DNA from: an uncultured Bacteroidales bacterium
Lineage (GTDB): Bacteria > Bacteroidota > Bacteroidia > Bacteroidales > UBA1402
Direction: 5' to 3'
Assembly (NCBI GenBank): GCA_964411555.1
Contig: CAYPLF010000007.1
Location: 689-64,688, forward strand
DNA length: 64,000 nucleotides
Every line of letters begins with the position of its first letter. Position 1 is the first letter of the stretch. Under the pieces are notes generated by a model. The model had not been told where the DNA came from. It searched no databases and saw only the letters and a list, made by a program, of their open reading frames with translations. Below are positions 18,632 through 29,081 of this stretch, piece after piece. A program made the position numbers and the translations under genes.

Positions 18632-20305
18632 ATGTACTCATCCAAACAGACCATACTGGAAACGGTAGCCCTGCTGAAAGCGCATGGCGTAAAACACCTT
18701 GTCATTTCACCGGGATCCAGAAACGCACACTTAATCCAAAGCTTTATCGTTGACCCCTTTTTCCATTGTTACTCAGTGGTTGACGAGCGAAGTGCGAGTT
18801 ACATGGCCATAGGCCTGATCCATCAACTGGGTAAACCGGTGGCGCTTTGTTGTACGTCGGGTACAGCCGTTTTGAACTATGGGCCAGCCATAGCAGAAGC
18901 ACATTACCAACACCTACCCCTTATTGTACTGTCTGCAGACCGTTCACAAGCTTGGATTGACCAATTGGACGGGCAAACCATCCCCCAGTCGAACGTGTTC
19001 CGTGACTTCTTTCACGCTTCGGTTACGCTTCCGGAAATCAACACGGCCGAAAGCCTTTGGCACTGCAACCGCCTGATCAACGAAGCCCTGATAGTCTGCA
19101 CACACGATGGCGGAGGGCCTGTGCACCTGAATATACCCATTTCTGAACCCTTGTTTGACTTTTCAGTCCCATCTCTCCCCGAAGTCAGGGTGATTCACCG
19201 GTCAACGACGGTGAACCCAAGTCTGGACGCATCCCTGCAGTCACGGTGGCAGGTGGCACAGAAACGGTTGATCGTTGTTGGCCAGTTGCCTGTTTGTCAC
19301 GCCTTGAACGAATTGCTTGACACGCTGGTGGAGCAATCGGCAACCGTGGTACTCTGTGAACACCTGTCGAACCTGGTTTCCGACCGGTTCATCCGGAATT
19401 TTGATGCCGTTTTGGGTTCATGTGACGACAACTTGCGTTCTGAGCTGGTACCCGATATCTTGATTACGTTGGGTGGGCATGTTGTGTCGAAGCAGTTGAA
19501 GAAGTGGCTACGGTCAAACACCTCTATGGAACACTGGCACATTTCATCGGAAAACAGGGTGGTTGACACCTATCAATCGCTGCGGGAACATCTTGTAGGT
19601 GATCCTGCAGAAGTGTTGTTTCAACTCCATTCGAGCATAGACAAACACCCCGACGTAACCTACCTGAACCGTTGGCAACTCCGTTCGGTGCGGATTCCCT
19701 CGCCTTCCCGGGAATTGCCTTTTTCCGACATGTCCGTCACCGGTTGTCTGCTAAATCAGTTGCCCAAGGATGCAACCCTCTTTGTGGCCAACAGCTCTCC
19801 GGTCAGGAACGTACAACTGTATCCCCGCCCAATAGTGGAAAAAATTGTCTGCAACCGTGGTACGAACGGCATTGAAGGTTCGCTGTCCACGGCCATTGGT
19901 TTGGCGTTGGAAACGAATAAACCTACCGTTGCATTGATGGGCGACCTCAGCTTTTTTCATGATCTAAGCGGCCTTTGGAACCCCTACTTTCCTGCCAACT
20001 TGCGTGTGGTGGTCATCAACAACGGTGGAGGAGGTATTTTCCACCAATTGGAAGGGCTGACCCTGTCGGCCGAACTGGAAGCATATATGGCTGCAAACCA
20101 TCAACGCTCGGTGGAAAAATGGGTGGAAGCCGCCCAAATAACCTACCTGAAAGCCACCACCCAAGACGAACTCGACGAACACCTGTCTACCCTGTTCCGT
20201 ACCGATTTACCCACAGGCGTGGTACTGGAAGTCCTGACTAGCAGTGAAACCAACAAACAGGCGATGACACGCCATCAATCCGACATCAAACAAGCATTAC
20301 AATGA
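18632..20305 (+). CDS. menD: SEPHCHC synthase (2-succinyl-5-enolpyruvyl-6-hydroxy-3-cyclohexene-1-carboxylate synthase)
   Basis: ThDP-enzyme architecture (..[10 protein letters not shown].., ..[12 protein letters not shown].., ..NNGGGGIF..). The ATG at 18632 lies just after the menF stop. Confidence 0.88.
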   Translation: MYSSKQTILETVALLKAHGVKHLVISPGSRNAHLIQSFIVDPFFHCYSVVDERSASYMAIGLIHQLGKPVALCCTSGTAVLNYGPAIAEAHYQHLPLIVLSADRSQAWIDQLDGQTIPQSNVFRDFFHASVTLPEINTAESLWHCNRLINEALIVCTHDGGGPVHLNIPISEPLFDFSVPSLPEVRVIHRSTTVNPSLDASLQSRWQVAQKRLIVVGQLPVCHALNELLDTLVEQSATVVLCEHLSNLVSDRFIRNFDAVLGSCDDNLRSELVPDILITLGGHVVSKQLKKWLRSNTSMEHWHISSENRVVDTYQSLREHLVGDPAEVLFQLHSSIDKHPDVTYLNRWQLRSVRIPSPSRELPFSDMSVTGCLLNQLPKDATLFVANSSPVRNVQLYPRPIVEKIVCNRGTNGIEGSLSTAIGLALETNKPTVALMGDLSFFHDLSGLWNPYFPANLRVVVINNGGGGIFHQLEGLTLSAELEAYMAANHQRSVEKWVEAAQITYLKATTQDELDEHLSTLFRTDLPTGVVLEVLTSSETNKQAMTRHQSDIKQALQ

Positions 20306-21126
20306 ATACAAAGAGAGAGTGGAAACCCATCCGGGAATTTGAAGACATCCTGTTCGATGAATTCGAAGGCATAGCCCGCATCACCATCAACCGTCCCCGC
20401 TACCGGAATGCCTTTACCCCCACCACCTCGCAGGAAATCAGCGAGGCCTTGAAAATCTGCCGGGAACGGCAATCGGTCGGTGTGGTTGTCCTCACAGGAG
20501 CCGGTGACAAGGCTTTCTGCGCCGGAGGTGACCAAAACGTCAAAGGGTTGGGCGGATATATAGGGAAAGACGGCGTTCCACGCCTGAACATCCTGGATGT
20601 GCAGAAACAAATCCGCTCCATGCCCAAGCCTGTCATCGCCATGGTCAACGGTTATGCCATTGGCGGCGGACACGTCTTGCACGTGGTATGCGACCTGAGC
20701 ATAGCTTCCGAAAACGCCATTTTTGGACAAACCGGTCCGAAAGTGGGCAGTTTCGACGCCGGTTTCGGCTCCTCGTACCTGGCTGAAATCGTTGGACAGA
20801 AAAAGGCCCGGGAAATCTGGTTCATGTGCCGTCAGTATTCGGCACAGGAAGCACTGGAGATGGGCCTTGTCAACAAGGTGGTTCCTTTTGACCAACTGGA
20901 AGACGAAGTGGTGGAATGGGCTAAAACCATGATGCAGCACAGCCCAATGGCCTTGCGCATGCTGAAGTTGGGCCTGAATGCAGCACTGGACGGACAAGCT
21001 GGTCTGCAGGAATTTGCGGGCAACGCCACGCTGTTGTATTACCTCACGCAGGAAGCTCAGGAAGGCAAGAAAGCCTTTTTGGAAAAACGCAAACCCAATT
21101 TCAACGACTTCCCCAAGTTCCCGTGA
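20302..21126 (+). CDS. menB: 1,4-dihydroxy-2-naphthoyl-CoA synthase
   Basis: 274 aa of the crotonase family ([12 protein letters not shown].., ..FCAGGDQ.., ..[10 protein letters not shown]..). ATGA overlap with the menD stop. Confidence 0.93.
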   Translation: MNTKREWKPIREFEDILFDEFEGIARITINRPRYRNAFTPTTSQEISEALKICRERQSVGVVVLTGAGDKAFCAGGDQNVKGLGGYIGKDGVPRLNILDVQKQIRSMPKPVIAMVNGYAIGGGHVLHVVCDLSIASENAIFGQTGPKVGSFDAGFGSSYLAEIVGQKKAREIWFMCRQYSAQEALEMGLVNKVVPFDQLEDEVVEWAKTMMQHSPMALRMLKLGLNAALDGQAGLQEFAGNATLLYYLTQEAQEGKKAFLEKRKPNFNDFPKFP

Positions 21127-23276
21127 ACAAACAGGCAAACACCCCCTTTTTCATCGATGTAGTTCCCTACACCCTACACTTTATCAAACCCGCCGGAACC
21201 TCCAGAGGAGTGATGACCGAGCACCGTGTTTGGTATGTGCACGTTGTGTCCAAGGATGAACCCAGAAAAGAAGGATGGGGTGAATGCGCTCCCTTGCCCG
21301 GTTTGAGTTGTGACGACCTTCCGGACTACGAAACCCGGCTCAGACAGTTTTGCGCGGACATTGAAGCGACTGGTCAACTGGATTCAACGGTCCTCCGCTC
21401 CTATCCATCCATGCTGTTTGGCCTGGAAACAGCCTTTCTGGCCTATAGAAAAGGCGGTTGGACTCCGTATGACACTCCCTTTTCCAAAGGATTGGCTGGT
21501 ATTCCCATCAACGGTTTGATTTGGATGGGATCCATGGAATCCATGGCTGAACAAATTGAGCGTAAAATAAAACAGGGTTCCCGTTGCATCAAAGTAAAAA
21601 TCGGTTCGTTGCGGTTTGAAGAAGAATTGGCCCTGTTGACCGGCATCCGTGCCCGTTTTACACCAGGACAGCTCACCTTAAGGGTGGATGCCAACGGCGC
21701 ATTCACGACGGAACAGGCACCCGAACGCCTGAAACAACTGGCCGCGCTCGACATCCATTCCATCGAACAACCCATCAAGGCCGGCCAATGGGAACACATG
21801 GCCGCTCTGGTGGCCACCTCGAACATTCCCATAGCCCTCGACGAGGAACTGATCGGTGTGCAGGAGCAGTCAGAAAAAGAACGTTTGCTTGAAATCATCA
21901 AACCGCATTACCTGGTATTGAAACCCTCCCTGCATGGAGGCATCAGTGGCTGTGAAGAATGGATACGCCTGGCGGAAGCACGCTCCATCGGATGGTGGGT
22001 CACTTCGGCGTTGGAATCCAACGTGGGACTGAACGCCATCGCGCAATGGTGTGCCTCCCTGCCGATAACCATGCACCAGGGACTGGGAACAGGTGCGCTG
22101 TATAGCGACAACATCACCTTTCCTCTTTTTGTGACCGGTGAAAACCTGTGGTTCAATCGGGCCGACATTCAACCGCGCTTTTTTCCCGAAAAACCGGAAA
22201 TGCCGGATGCTATACTGCGTACCGTCCAAACCCTTACCTTGAACGGCGTAACCTATAACTGGGAACAACTTCAGCAAGCCTATACCGAAAACCGTTTACC
22301 AGAAGGCCGTATGACGAAAGACCTGATTGTTTTCCTGCAAGAATGGATGAATCCAGCTTCCGTGTTGGACATACAGACTTCGGGTTCAACCGGAACGCCG
22401 ACTCGCATGAAGGTGAAAAAGACACAGGTATTGAACAGCGCCAGGTTTACCTGTGACTATTTCAACCTGAAACAAGGGGACAGCTGCCTGTTGTGCCTGC
22501 CGCTTGAATTCATAGCTGCCAAAATGATGGTCATCCGCGCCTTGGTCCGTGGACTGAATCTTTGGTTGAAAGAACCGGATGGTCATCCCTTCGAGGGCCC
22601 TGTCAGGGATTATGCCTTTGTGCCCCTGGTCCCCCTTCAGGTGTTCAACACCCTACAAACCGAACGGGAAAAAGAGGCCCTGTCTCATTGTCAAACCCTG
22701 CTGATTGGAGGAGGTCCTCTTTCTTCCACCCTGGAATCAGCCTTGAGCGATTGCCCTGTTTCCATCTTTGCGTCCTACGGCATGGCCGAAACCCTCTCCC
22801 ACATTGCCCTGAGAAGGGTCAATGGCACAGACGCGTCAGCCTATTATACCCCCTTTCCTGGCGTATCCCTCTTTCTCTCGGTGGATGGTTGTCTTATCAT
22901 CGATGCCCCCCTGGTGACTGATGCCACGATTACCACCGGTGACCGGGTTGAATTGCTGCCCGATGGACGTTTCCGCGTGCTAGGCCGGAAAGACAACCTG
23001 ATTTTGACCGGAGGAATGAAAGTACAGGCGGAAGAACTTGAATCGAAAATTTCCCAGGTCATGACGTCTGCATACGCCATTACTTCGGCTCCAGATACCA
23101 AATTCGGTGAATGCATCGTATTGATTGCCGAAGCACCCGTGGATTTGGATATCCTGCGCTCGGTCCTGCCCGCCTGGCAGCTACCCAAACGCGTGTTGGT
23201 CGTGCATCAGTTGCCCCATACCATCAGCGGAAAAATTGATCGGAATGCACTGAAGCAATTGGCAGTAACATCCTGA
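21123..23276 (+). CDS. menC/menE: Fused o-succinylbenzoate synthase (MenC, enolase superfamily) / o-succinylbenzoate-CoA ligase (MenE, short AMP-binding type)
   Basis: A single 717-aa frame. Residues 1 to about 350 are MenC-like ([15 protein letters not shown].., ..KVKIG.., ..LRVDANGAF.., ..IEQP.., ..ALDEEL). Residues from about 360 to 717 are MenE-like ([14 protein letters not shown], ..YGMAETLSH.., ..GDRV.., ..[11 protein letters not shown]). The start is a GTG overlapping the menB stop (GTGA). Confidence 0.8.
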   Translation: MNKQANTPFFIDVVPYTLHFIKPAGTSRGVMTEHRVWYVHVVSKDEPRKEGWGECAPLPGLSCDDLPDYETRLRQFCADIEATGQLDSTVLRSYPSMLFGLETAFLAYRKGGWTPYDTPFSKGLAGIPINGLIWMGSMESMAEQIERKIKQGSRCIKVKIGSLRFEEELALLTGIRARFTPGQLTLRVDANGAFTTEQAPERLKQLAALDIHSIEQPIKAGQWEHMAALVATSNIPIALDEELIGVQEQSEKERLLEIIKPHYLVLKPSLHGGISGCEEWIRLAEARSIGWWVTSALESNVGLNAIAQWCASLPITMHQGLGTGALYSDNITFPLFVTGENLWFNRADIQPRFFPEKPEMPDAILRTVQTLTLNGVTYNWEQLQQAYTENRLPEGRMTKDLIVFLQEWMNPASVLDIQTSGSTGTPTRMKVKKTQVLNSARFTCDYFNLKQGDSCLLCLPLEFIAAKMMVIRALVRGLNLWLKEPDGHPFEGPVRDYAFVPLVPLQVFNTLQTEREKEALSHCQTLLIGGGPLSSTLESALSDCPVSIFASYGMAETLSHIALRRVNGTDASAYYTPFPGVSLFLSVDGCLIIDAPLVTDATITTGDRVELLPDGRFRVLGRKDNLILTGGMKVQAEELESKISQVMTSAYAITSAPDTKFGECIVLIAEAPVDLDILRSVLPAWQLPKRVLVVHQLPHTISGKIDRNALKQLAVTS

Positions 23277-23292
23277 ATAAAAGCCATTTGGC

Positions 23293-24072
23293 TTATTTGA
23301 TGGAAATCTGTTTGAATGCCCGCCTTCCCAGAAAAGCCACTGCCACACTGAAAATCAGGCTCAACCATACAATGGAGGGCAATCCGATCCATTGAGGCAA
23401 CGAGGTTTTGCCACTACCGTTCCAGGAAAACAACAACGGAAATGCGTATGGGTCGTATACCGCATATGACCATCCCTGAGCCAGGATCATGGAAATGATA
23501 ACAAGGAAAAGGCCAATGGCTGTAGGAATCAAAACATTGTTGGTCAACAGGCTGAGCACATATTGCAGGGTCAATATCGGTATCAGGCAAACAACCAGAC
23601 CTGCCAGTGTTGCCAACATGGAGATAACAGGAAGTCCTGAAAGCGGTAAAACCAAAGCCGGATGCAACGTCTGTAACAACACCCCCGCCACAGCAGTGGC
23701 AACCAAAAAGCCCGTCACTGTCAGTACAACCTGCAGACAGAGATAAATCAATTTTCCCTCAAAAAGCCTGTCTTTACCAACAGGAGTCACAAAAAGCCGT
23801 TTCCAGGTATTTCCTTTTTGTTCCGGATAAATATTCAAGGCGACCAACAGGATTAGCCAAACCGGTACCAACAAGGAGGAGAAAATGCTCACATTCGTTT
23901 GAAAGAACACGGTCCAAGCAGTCGAACCTGCCTCCGGCACAAACAGTGACCACCGGTTGGCAAAAATCATGAAACAAACAAAAGGCGCAAGCAGGCTTCC
24001 GATAAGAAGAAACCAAGGTGTGAACGTGTGTTTGTTTTTTATCCATTCTGTAATGATGATTGTCTTTATCAT
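23293..24072 (-). CDS. ABC-2 family transporter permease
   Basis: 259 aa with about 6 predicted TM segments. It lies 3 nt downstream of an ABC ATPase gene. Confidence 0.65.
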   Translation of the reverse strand: MIKTIIITEWIKNKHTFTPWFLLIGSLLAPFVCFMIFANRWSLFVPEAGSTAWTVFFQTNVSIFSSLLVPVWLILLVALNIYPEQKGNTWKRLFVTPVGKDRLFEGKLIYLCLQVVLTVTGFLVATAVAGVLLQTLHPALVLPLSGLPVISMLATLAGLVVCLIPILTLQYVLSLLTNNVLIPTAIGLFLVIISMILAQGWSYAVYDPYAFPLLFSWNGSGKTSLPQWIGLPSIVWLSLIFSVAVAFLGRRAFKQISIK

Positions 24073-24075
24073 GGC

Positions 24076-24984
24076 TTATCCATTTGTCAGTTTGATGTAC
24101 AATTCTTCCAATTTTCGTTCTACGGGTGTCAGTTCGCAGACATTGATGCCCGTTTGCACCAACCGTCTGTTGATAGCAGGAATGACTTCCTTATCCGTGG
24201 TGTATACCAGCAAGCCGTCTTCAACCTGGCATATTTCCACAGCTGTTGCAAACGAGTCGTTCAACACAGTCCATGCTGCTTCTGGGGTATCGCATCCGAT
24301 TTTCCAGGCTGTACGACCGACCAACTGGCTTCTCAGTTCCTCGATTGAACCCGAGAACAGCATCTTGCCTTTGTCTATCACACAGATGGCATCACAGGTG
24401 CTTTCCACTTCGGCCAACAAATGGCTGGACATGAAAAGCGTTTTACCTTCTTGTTTGACCAACTGCACCATCAGTTCCCTGATTTCTGCCATACCCCTGG
24501 GGTCAAGACCGTTAAGCGGCTCATCCAGCATAATCAGTTCCGGATTGTGCAGTAAACTCAGGGCCAAACCCAACCGCTGTTTCATGCCCAACGAGTAGGC
24601 AGAAACGCGTTTGTTTCCAACCTGTTTCAATCCTACCTGTGACAGCGTCTTTTCGATGTGATGAAACCCCGTTCCATGGTATAAGGCCTGTAAGCGAAGA
24701 TTTTCTTCACCTGTCAAATGACCATACAGCGAAGGCTGTTCAATCATCGAACCGATTTTTGAGTAAATGGAGGCGGTTGGTGCATCCATACGTGTATCAT
24801 TTATCTGTACCTGTCCGCTGTCCGGGCGACATAGCCCCAACAGTAAACGGATGGTGGTGGTTTTTCCCGATCCGTTTGCTCCGAGAAAACCATACAGGGA
24901 CCCTTTTGGAACATGAAAGGAAAGATTATCCAGTATGTTTTGCCCCTTTTTGTAGGAAAATGTGAGTGATTGAACCGTAATCAT
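24076..24984 (-). CDS. ABC transporter ATP-binding protein
   Basis: Walker A GANGSGKTT, signature YSLGMKQRL, Walker B LIMLDEP. Confidence 0.88.
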   Translation of the reverse strand: MITVQSLTFSYKKGQNILDNLSFHVPKGSLYGFLGANGSGKTTTIRLLLGLCRPDSGQVQINDTRMDAPTASIYSKIGSMIEQPSLYGHLTGEENLRLQALYHGTGFHHIEKTLSQVGLKQVGNKRVSAYSLGMKQRLGLALSLLHNPELIMLDEPLNGLDPRGMAEIRELMVQLVKQEGKTLFMSSHLLAEVESTCDAICVIDKGKMLFSGSIEELRSQLVGRTAWKIGCDTPEAAWTVLNDSFATAVEICQVEDGLLVYTTDKEVIPAINRRLVQTGINVCELTPVERKLEELYIKLTNG

Positions 24985-25048
24985 GTTGATTCATTTGTTA
25001 TTACTTACACATATTGCGTACAAATATGAAAAATAAATAACATAAAAA

Positions 25049-25056
25049 CAAAGTTA
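25049..25056 (-). promoter_or_regulatory. -7 promoter box (TAACTTTG on the minus strand) for the ABC operon
   Basis: Exact TAnnTTTG; 64 nt lie between the box and the start at 24984. Confidence 0.4.
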
Positions 25057-25161
25057 TAGTTAGAATATGATGATTGATATGGCATAATAAGTAAAAACAA
25101 GTAATTGTCCCTTGATCGTTCAGATAAGAATCGTATTGTAAAAAGGTTCAGCATTTTTTTG

Positions 25162-25169
25162 TAGGTTTG
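25162..25169 (+). promoter_or_regulatory. -7 promoter box (TAGGTTTG)
   Basis: Exact TAnnTTTG; only 7 nt lie between the box and the ATG at 25177, so the mRNA leader would be very short or absent. Confidence 0.45.
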
Positions 25170-25176
25170 CAGTTAT

Positions 25177-26445
25177 ATGAAGACATTCCAAATAAATCGG
25201 ATGATAGCAACCCTTTTGTTGGGCTGTGGATTGATTGTGACGGCCATTGAGGGTGCGCAGGCTCAGGTGTATCGAACCGAAACAAAGCAAGCAACCATCA
25301 AAACGTTGTTGATACACCCCATCAACGACTGGAAAGGAGCTCCGGTCATCAATTTGGGCAGCGAGGACCGATTGTTGGTTTCGTTCGATGAATTGTCCCA
25401 CGATTACAAGCGCTATGCCTACCGGATTGTCCATTGTGACAAAAACTGGAAAAAATCCAACCTGAACGTGCTCGAATACCTGGAAGGCTTCCAGGAAAAT
25501 GACATTGAGGCATACGGGACTTCTTCAAATACGTTGACCAATTATACACACTATGCCGTTACCCTGCCCAACGAGCAGGTTTCGCTGAAACTGTCCGGCA
25601 ATTATGCCATTGAAATCGTTGACAGGGATGACTCGAAAAAAGTAATACTCACAGCCTGCTTCAACGTGTTGGACGCAAAAACAGCCATAGAGGGTCTGAT
25701 TACGGCCAATACAGAAATAGATACCGAGCTAAACCATCAGCAAGTACAATTTACGGTCAATCCGCTGGGATTAATCGTACAACAACCTGAATCGGAAATC
25801 AGCGTCCGTGTTTGCCAGAATCAGATGGATCCGGGTAAAGCCAAATTCATCCTCCCCGACCGGATCGATCCTGACAAATGGGTCTATGAACACCATCAGG
25901 ACCTGGTGTTTGAGGGGGGAAACGAATTCAGACGATTTGAAATCACGACCTATAAACATGCAGGCATAGGAATAAACAGGATTGAGTTCTTTGCTCCTTA
26001 TTACAATGCAGAACTGTTTGAATCAAAGGCAAGAGACAAGGGATATATATTTGACAAGGATCAAAACGGGCGTTTCCTGATCCATAACACCGATTACACT
26101 TCCGATGAAACTCATTCGGACTATTTCCTGGTCCATTTTTCGTACCCCATGGACGTACCGCTTCAAGATACCAAATTGTACCTGTATGGTGACCTGGTCG
26201 AAAACAAGTTGGACGAGAACAGCCGTATGGTCTACAACAGCGAACGGAAAGCCTATGAAAAAACCCTGTTCTTAAAACAGGGTTCTTATAATTACACGTA
26301 TGTGTCTGATCGTTACTCAGGCCGTCTGACGGAAGGTTCTTACTGGCAAACGGAAAACGAATACCAGATTTATGTCTATTACAAACCCATGGGCAGCAAA
26401 TACGACCAGCTGATCGGTTTTGCCACGCTGCGTTCTTCGTTCTGA
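25177..26445 (+). CDS. DUF5103-like protein (the family now described as the type IX secretion plug-protein N-terminal domain), secreted
   Basis: 422 aa with a signal peptide. The segment IKTLLIHPINDWKGAPVINLGSEDRLLVSFDELSHDYKRYAYRIVHCDKNWKKS matches my recollection of DUF5103. The family call is from memory only. Confidence 0.5.
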   Translation: MKTFQINRMIATLLLGCGLIVTAIEGAQAQVYRTETKQATIKTLLIHPINDWKGAPVINLGSEDRLLVSFDELSHDYKRYAYRIVHCDKNWKKSNLNVLEYLEGFQENDIEAYGTSSNTLTNYTHYAVTLPNEQVSLKLSGNYAIEIVDRDDSKKVILTACFNVLDAKTAIEGLITANTEIDTELNHQQVQFTVNPLGLIVQQPESEISVRVCQNQMDPGKAKFILPDRIDPDKWVYEHHQDLVFEGGNEFRRFEITTYKHAGIGINRIEFFAPYYNAELFESKARDKGYIFDKDQNGRFLIHNTDYTSDETHSDYFLVHFSYPMDVPLQDTKLYLYGDLVENKLDENSRMVYNSERKAYEKTLFLKQGSYNYTYVSDRYSGRLTEGSYWQTENEYQIYVYYKPMGSKYDQLIGFATLRSSF

Positions 26446-26448
26446 CAC

Positions 26449-27183
26449 TTATTGCACATCCCTCACGCAACGTACGTAACAGGCTTCATCATTGGTCATG
26501 AACGTGTCAACCTGAAATTCGATGCTGTTCTGGGTGATGTACACCACCACGGGTCTGTTTGTGGTGCTGTCCATGGTACTTGTCCAAAAGCAGGCGCGCC
26601 TTTTTTCCCCTTTATACAGTTCATCGGACGTGCGGTATCCTCCCGGTAAGGCGTTGAATCCAGTGATGTTGTTTATCGACAGGTTATACCCTACACTGCC
26701 TTCAATGGTACTTTGACTCCAGATTGTTTTGGAAGCCAAGGCTTTTCCAATCCAATCGGAGGTGGCAGATGGTTCGTACCCGTATTTTTGAGACTTTACG
26801 AAGGAAAACAACGTTTCCCAATCCTCCATAGAGGGAATCCGCCAGTTTCGTGGAGCCAGTTTCCCGGTTTCAATGGCGCGGTAATTGTACATATACCCGT
26901 AAATATCACGGTAGAGGCTATCATTGTCAAGGAAAAACCTCTTTCCAACATCTTTGAAGACCCAATTGGTCAGTTCGGAAGTAAGATAATTCGTAGCCCC
27001 GTTCGTTGAATGAATGGCTTTCAGATTCTCGGCCATCCATACCTGGTCACCTATTACGACTGTCTCGTAGCTGTTCCCGTCGTAATCAACGCATCTGTAA
27101 ATCCGTTGTTCTTCTTCATCGCATGAATAAAAGAAACCGGATACAACAAGCAGTGTAACTAAACAAAACGTTGTCCTTTTCAT
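26449..27183 (-). CDS. FISUMP (Fibrobacter succinogenes major paralogous domain, TIGR02145-type) lipoprotein
   Basis: Lipoprotein signal ..SGFFYSC, the hallmark VVIGDQVWMAENLK, and C-terminal ..CYVRCVRD. Confidence 0.7.
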   Translation of the reverse strand: MKRTTFCLVTLLVVSGFFYSCDEEEQRIYRCVDYDGNSYETVVIGDQVWMAENLKAIHSTNGATNYLTSELTNWVFKDVGKRFFLDNDSLYRDIYGYMYNYRAIETGKLAPRNWRIPSMEDWETLFSFVKSQKYGYEPSATSDWIGKALASKTIWSQSTIEGSVGYNLSINNITGFNALPGGYRTSDELYKGEKRRACFWTSTMDSTTNRPVVVYITQNSIEFQVDTFMTNDEACYVRCVRDVQ

Positions 27184-27204
27184 GATGTTGATAGTGCTAT
27201 TGGT

Positions 27205-27918
27205 CTAAAGGTCTCTAACGCAGCGGATGTAAGCGCCACTTTTCACCGAGTCAAGTGTAATCCATTGGATGCCGACTTCACTGTATTCAAACATTGCCAA
27301 CTGAAAATTGGTGGTAATGGTATCTTTCGTGCTGGTCCAGAAACACGTCCTTTTACCCTCATAATAAAAAGCACCTAGTTCAGTCCTATAACCGGCAGGT
27401 ATGATGGTAAACCCATACTTATCGTTGGTAGTACGCTGATTCCCAATCGCACCCAACAAGGAACTCTGTTGCCAGTTGTCTTTGGCTGCCAGTGTTTTAC
27501 CCACCCAATTGATGGAATCATACGATGGATGCTCCTTGATGTATGTTTCCAGTTTTTCCCAGTCTGCCTTTGTCGGAAGGCGCCATCCATCCGGAATCAA
27601 CCGTACGTCCTTGGCAGCCCTGTGATTGTACAGGAACCCGTATTCGTAATAGGATGAATTGTCGTTGAAGTAACTGTACTGAGGAATGTCCCTGTTGTTG
27701 TACTGCCGAGTGTCATAGGTGTTTTGAAGCACTTCAATGTCAGACAGCCTCTTATTGGCCAGGTTCTCAGCCATCCATACCTGATCACCGATGACAACGG
27801 TTTTGTAGGAGTTTCCCATTTTATCCACACACGGGTAGGTGACTTCATCTTCCCCGCAGGAAACATTCAAACAAGCAATAATGACCAGAATCAGAGGTAA
27901 AAAAAGAATTCGTTTCAT
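27205..27918 (-). CDS. FISUMP-domain lipoprotein (tandem paralog)
   Basis: Lipoprotein signal ..IIACLNVSC, the same hallmark VVIGDQVWMAENLA, and C-terminal ..AYIRCVRD. Confidence 0.7.
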   Translation of the reverse strand: MKRILFLPLILVIIACLNVSCGEDEVTYPCVDKMGNSYKTVVIGDQVWMAENLANKRLSDIEVLQNTYDTRQYNNRDIPQYSYFNDNSSYYEYGFLYNHRAAKDVRLIPDGWRLPTKADWEKLETYIKEHPSYDSINWVGKTLAAKDNWQQSSLLGAIGNQRTTNDKYGFTIIPAGYRTELGAFYYEGKRTCFWTSTKDTITTNFQLAMFEYSEVGIQWITLDSVKSGAYIRCVRDL

Positions 27919-27946
27919 GTTATAGGTTGTTATAGGTATTTGTGTT

Positions 27947-28408
27947 TCAGTCTAGTTTCCAGCGAACCCTCCAACGCCCGTCGGCGTAATCGTGGCTGAT
28001 GATGGTGAAGACGCCGATTTCAGCCGTGTTTGAAACGTGCGGGCCTGAACAGGCGCAGGTGTCGTAATCACCCACATGGATGATCCGGATGGAGGAACCG
28101 GTTCCTTCCGGCAATTTACTCAAATCTGCCAATCGCGCAGCTGTCTGTTTATCTACCCACTCTTCCGTAACAGGCAGGTTCTGTTGAATCACCTCATTGA
28201 CGGTTTGCATCAATTGAACCACCTGTTCGTTGGTGGGAGCTTCCTGCAAATCGTAGTCGCATTTGGATTTCTTCCGTTCAATGTGCGCATTCATGGAACG
28301 TTTGCATCCAAACATGCGAACCATGGTTTGATTTAAAATATGCTCCGACGTATGCATCGGCTCTGACGTGTAAATCTTCACAAATATACGTTTTTTTAAT
28401 ATCAGCAA
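27947..28408 (-). CDS. AlaX-S-like protein (stand-alone tRNA_SAD / Ala-tRNA editing-type zinc domain)
   Basis: 153 aa. HTSEH (HxxxH) and CSGPH (CxxxH) zinc motifs of the threonyl/alanyl-tRNA synthetase second additional domain. The start overlaps the upstream gene's stop by 7 nt. Confidence 0.7.
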   Translation of the reverse strand: MLILKKRIFVKIYTSEPMHTSEHILNQTMVRMFGCKRSMNAHIERKKSKCDYDLQEAPTNEQVVQLMQTVNEVIQQNLPVTEEWVDKQTAARLADLSKLPEGTGSSIRIIHVGDYDTCACSGPHVSNTAEIGVFTIISHDYADGRWRVRWKLD

Positions 28409-29070
28409 GATAATTGGCTCAAATATTCTACAGCTCCCTGCGGATTGGGTGCATAAAAATCAGCACCGATGGAACGGCAAAAGTCGTCGTTTACCGGAGC
28501 CCCACCCACCAATACAGTGGTATTCGGGTGGGTCGATTTGATGCGCATGACGGACTCCTCCATGTGTGCCATGGTGGTGGTAAGCAAGGCTGAAAGACCG
28601 ACAACAGCGTCCGGATTGCGTTCGAGTGCCTCCAGGAATTTTTCCGTGGAAACGTCCACACCTAAATCGACAATGGTCCAGCCACTTCCTTCTATCATCA
28701 TGGAAACCAGGTTCTTACCAATGTCATGCAGGTCACCTTTCACAGTGCCGATAATGAACGTTCCCTTTGCCTGGATGTCGCCCGATATGAAATAGGGTTT
28801 CAAACCGCTCATGGAAGCCCCCATAGCCTTGGCTGACATCAACATCTGCGGTACAAAAATCTTGTTTTCTGAAAACTTGACCCCTACCTTCGACATGGCC
28901 GGAATCAGGGCATCTTCTAAAATCGAAGAAGGAGAAACACCTGCTTCCAACGCTTTGAGGGTCAGTTCAAGGGCCCCGTCCTTGTCCCGCAATTGGGGTG
29001 GATAGGGTGATTTTTTATCAACTTTGCCGAATTCCACGGCTTCGGACAATTGTTCCAAAAATGATTGCAT
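28402..29070 (-). CDS. Corrinoid (cobalamin B12)-binding protein, MtaC/MtbC-like
   Basis: 222 aa. An N-terminal helical cap, then the DxHxxG motif (GDLHDIGKNLV) and SALLTTT, GG of the B12-binding Rossmann domain. Confidence 0.8.
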   Translation of the reverse strand: MQSFLEQLSEAVEFGKVDKKSPYPPQLRDKDGALELTLKALEAGVSPSSILEDALIPAMSKVGVKFSENKIFVPQMLMSAKAMGASMSGLKPYFISGDIQAKGTFIIGTVKGDLHDIGKNLVSMMIEGSGWTIVDLGVDVSTEKFLEALERNPDAVVGLSALLTTTMAHMEESVMRIKSTHPNTTVLVGGAPVNDDFCRSIGADFYAPNPQGAVEYLSQLSC

Positions 29071-29081
29071 CGTAACTACGC

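Noticed and set aside
20275-21138. 287-aa minus-strand ORF exactly antisense to menB
   Set aside because: It mirrors a strongly recognisable crotonase-family gene over its full length, has His/Gln/Phe/Arg-rich low-information composition, and carries no motifs. This is a typical antisense open frame.
29071-29081. Possible cobalamin riboswitch upstream of the corrinoid-protein gene
   Set aside because: The gap to the upstream acyl-CoA ligase gene is 11 nt, leaving no room for a riboswitch. None is evident upstream of the operon either.
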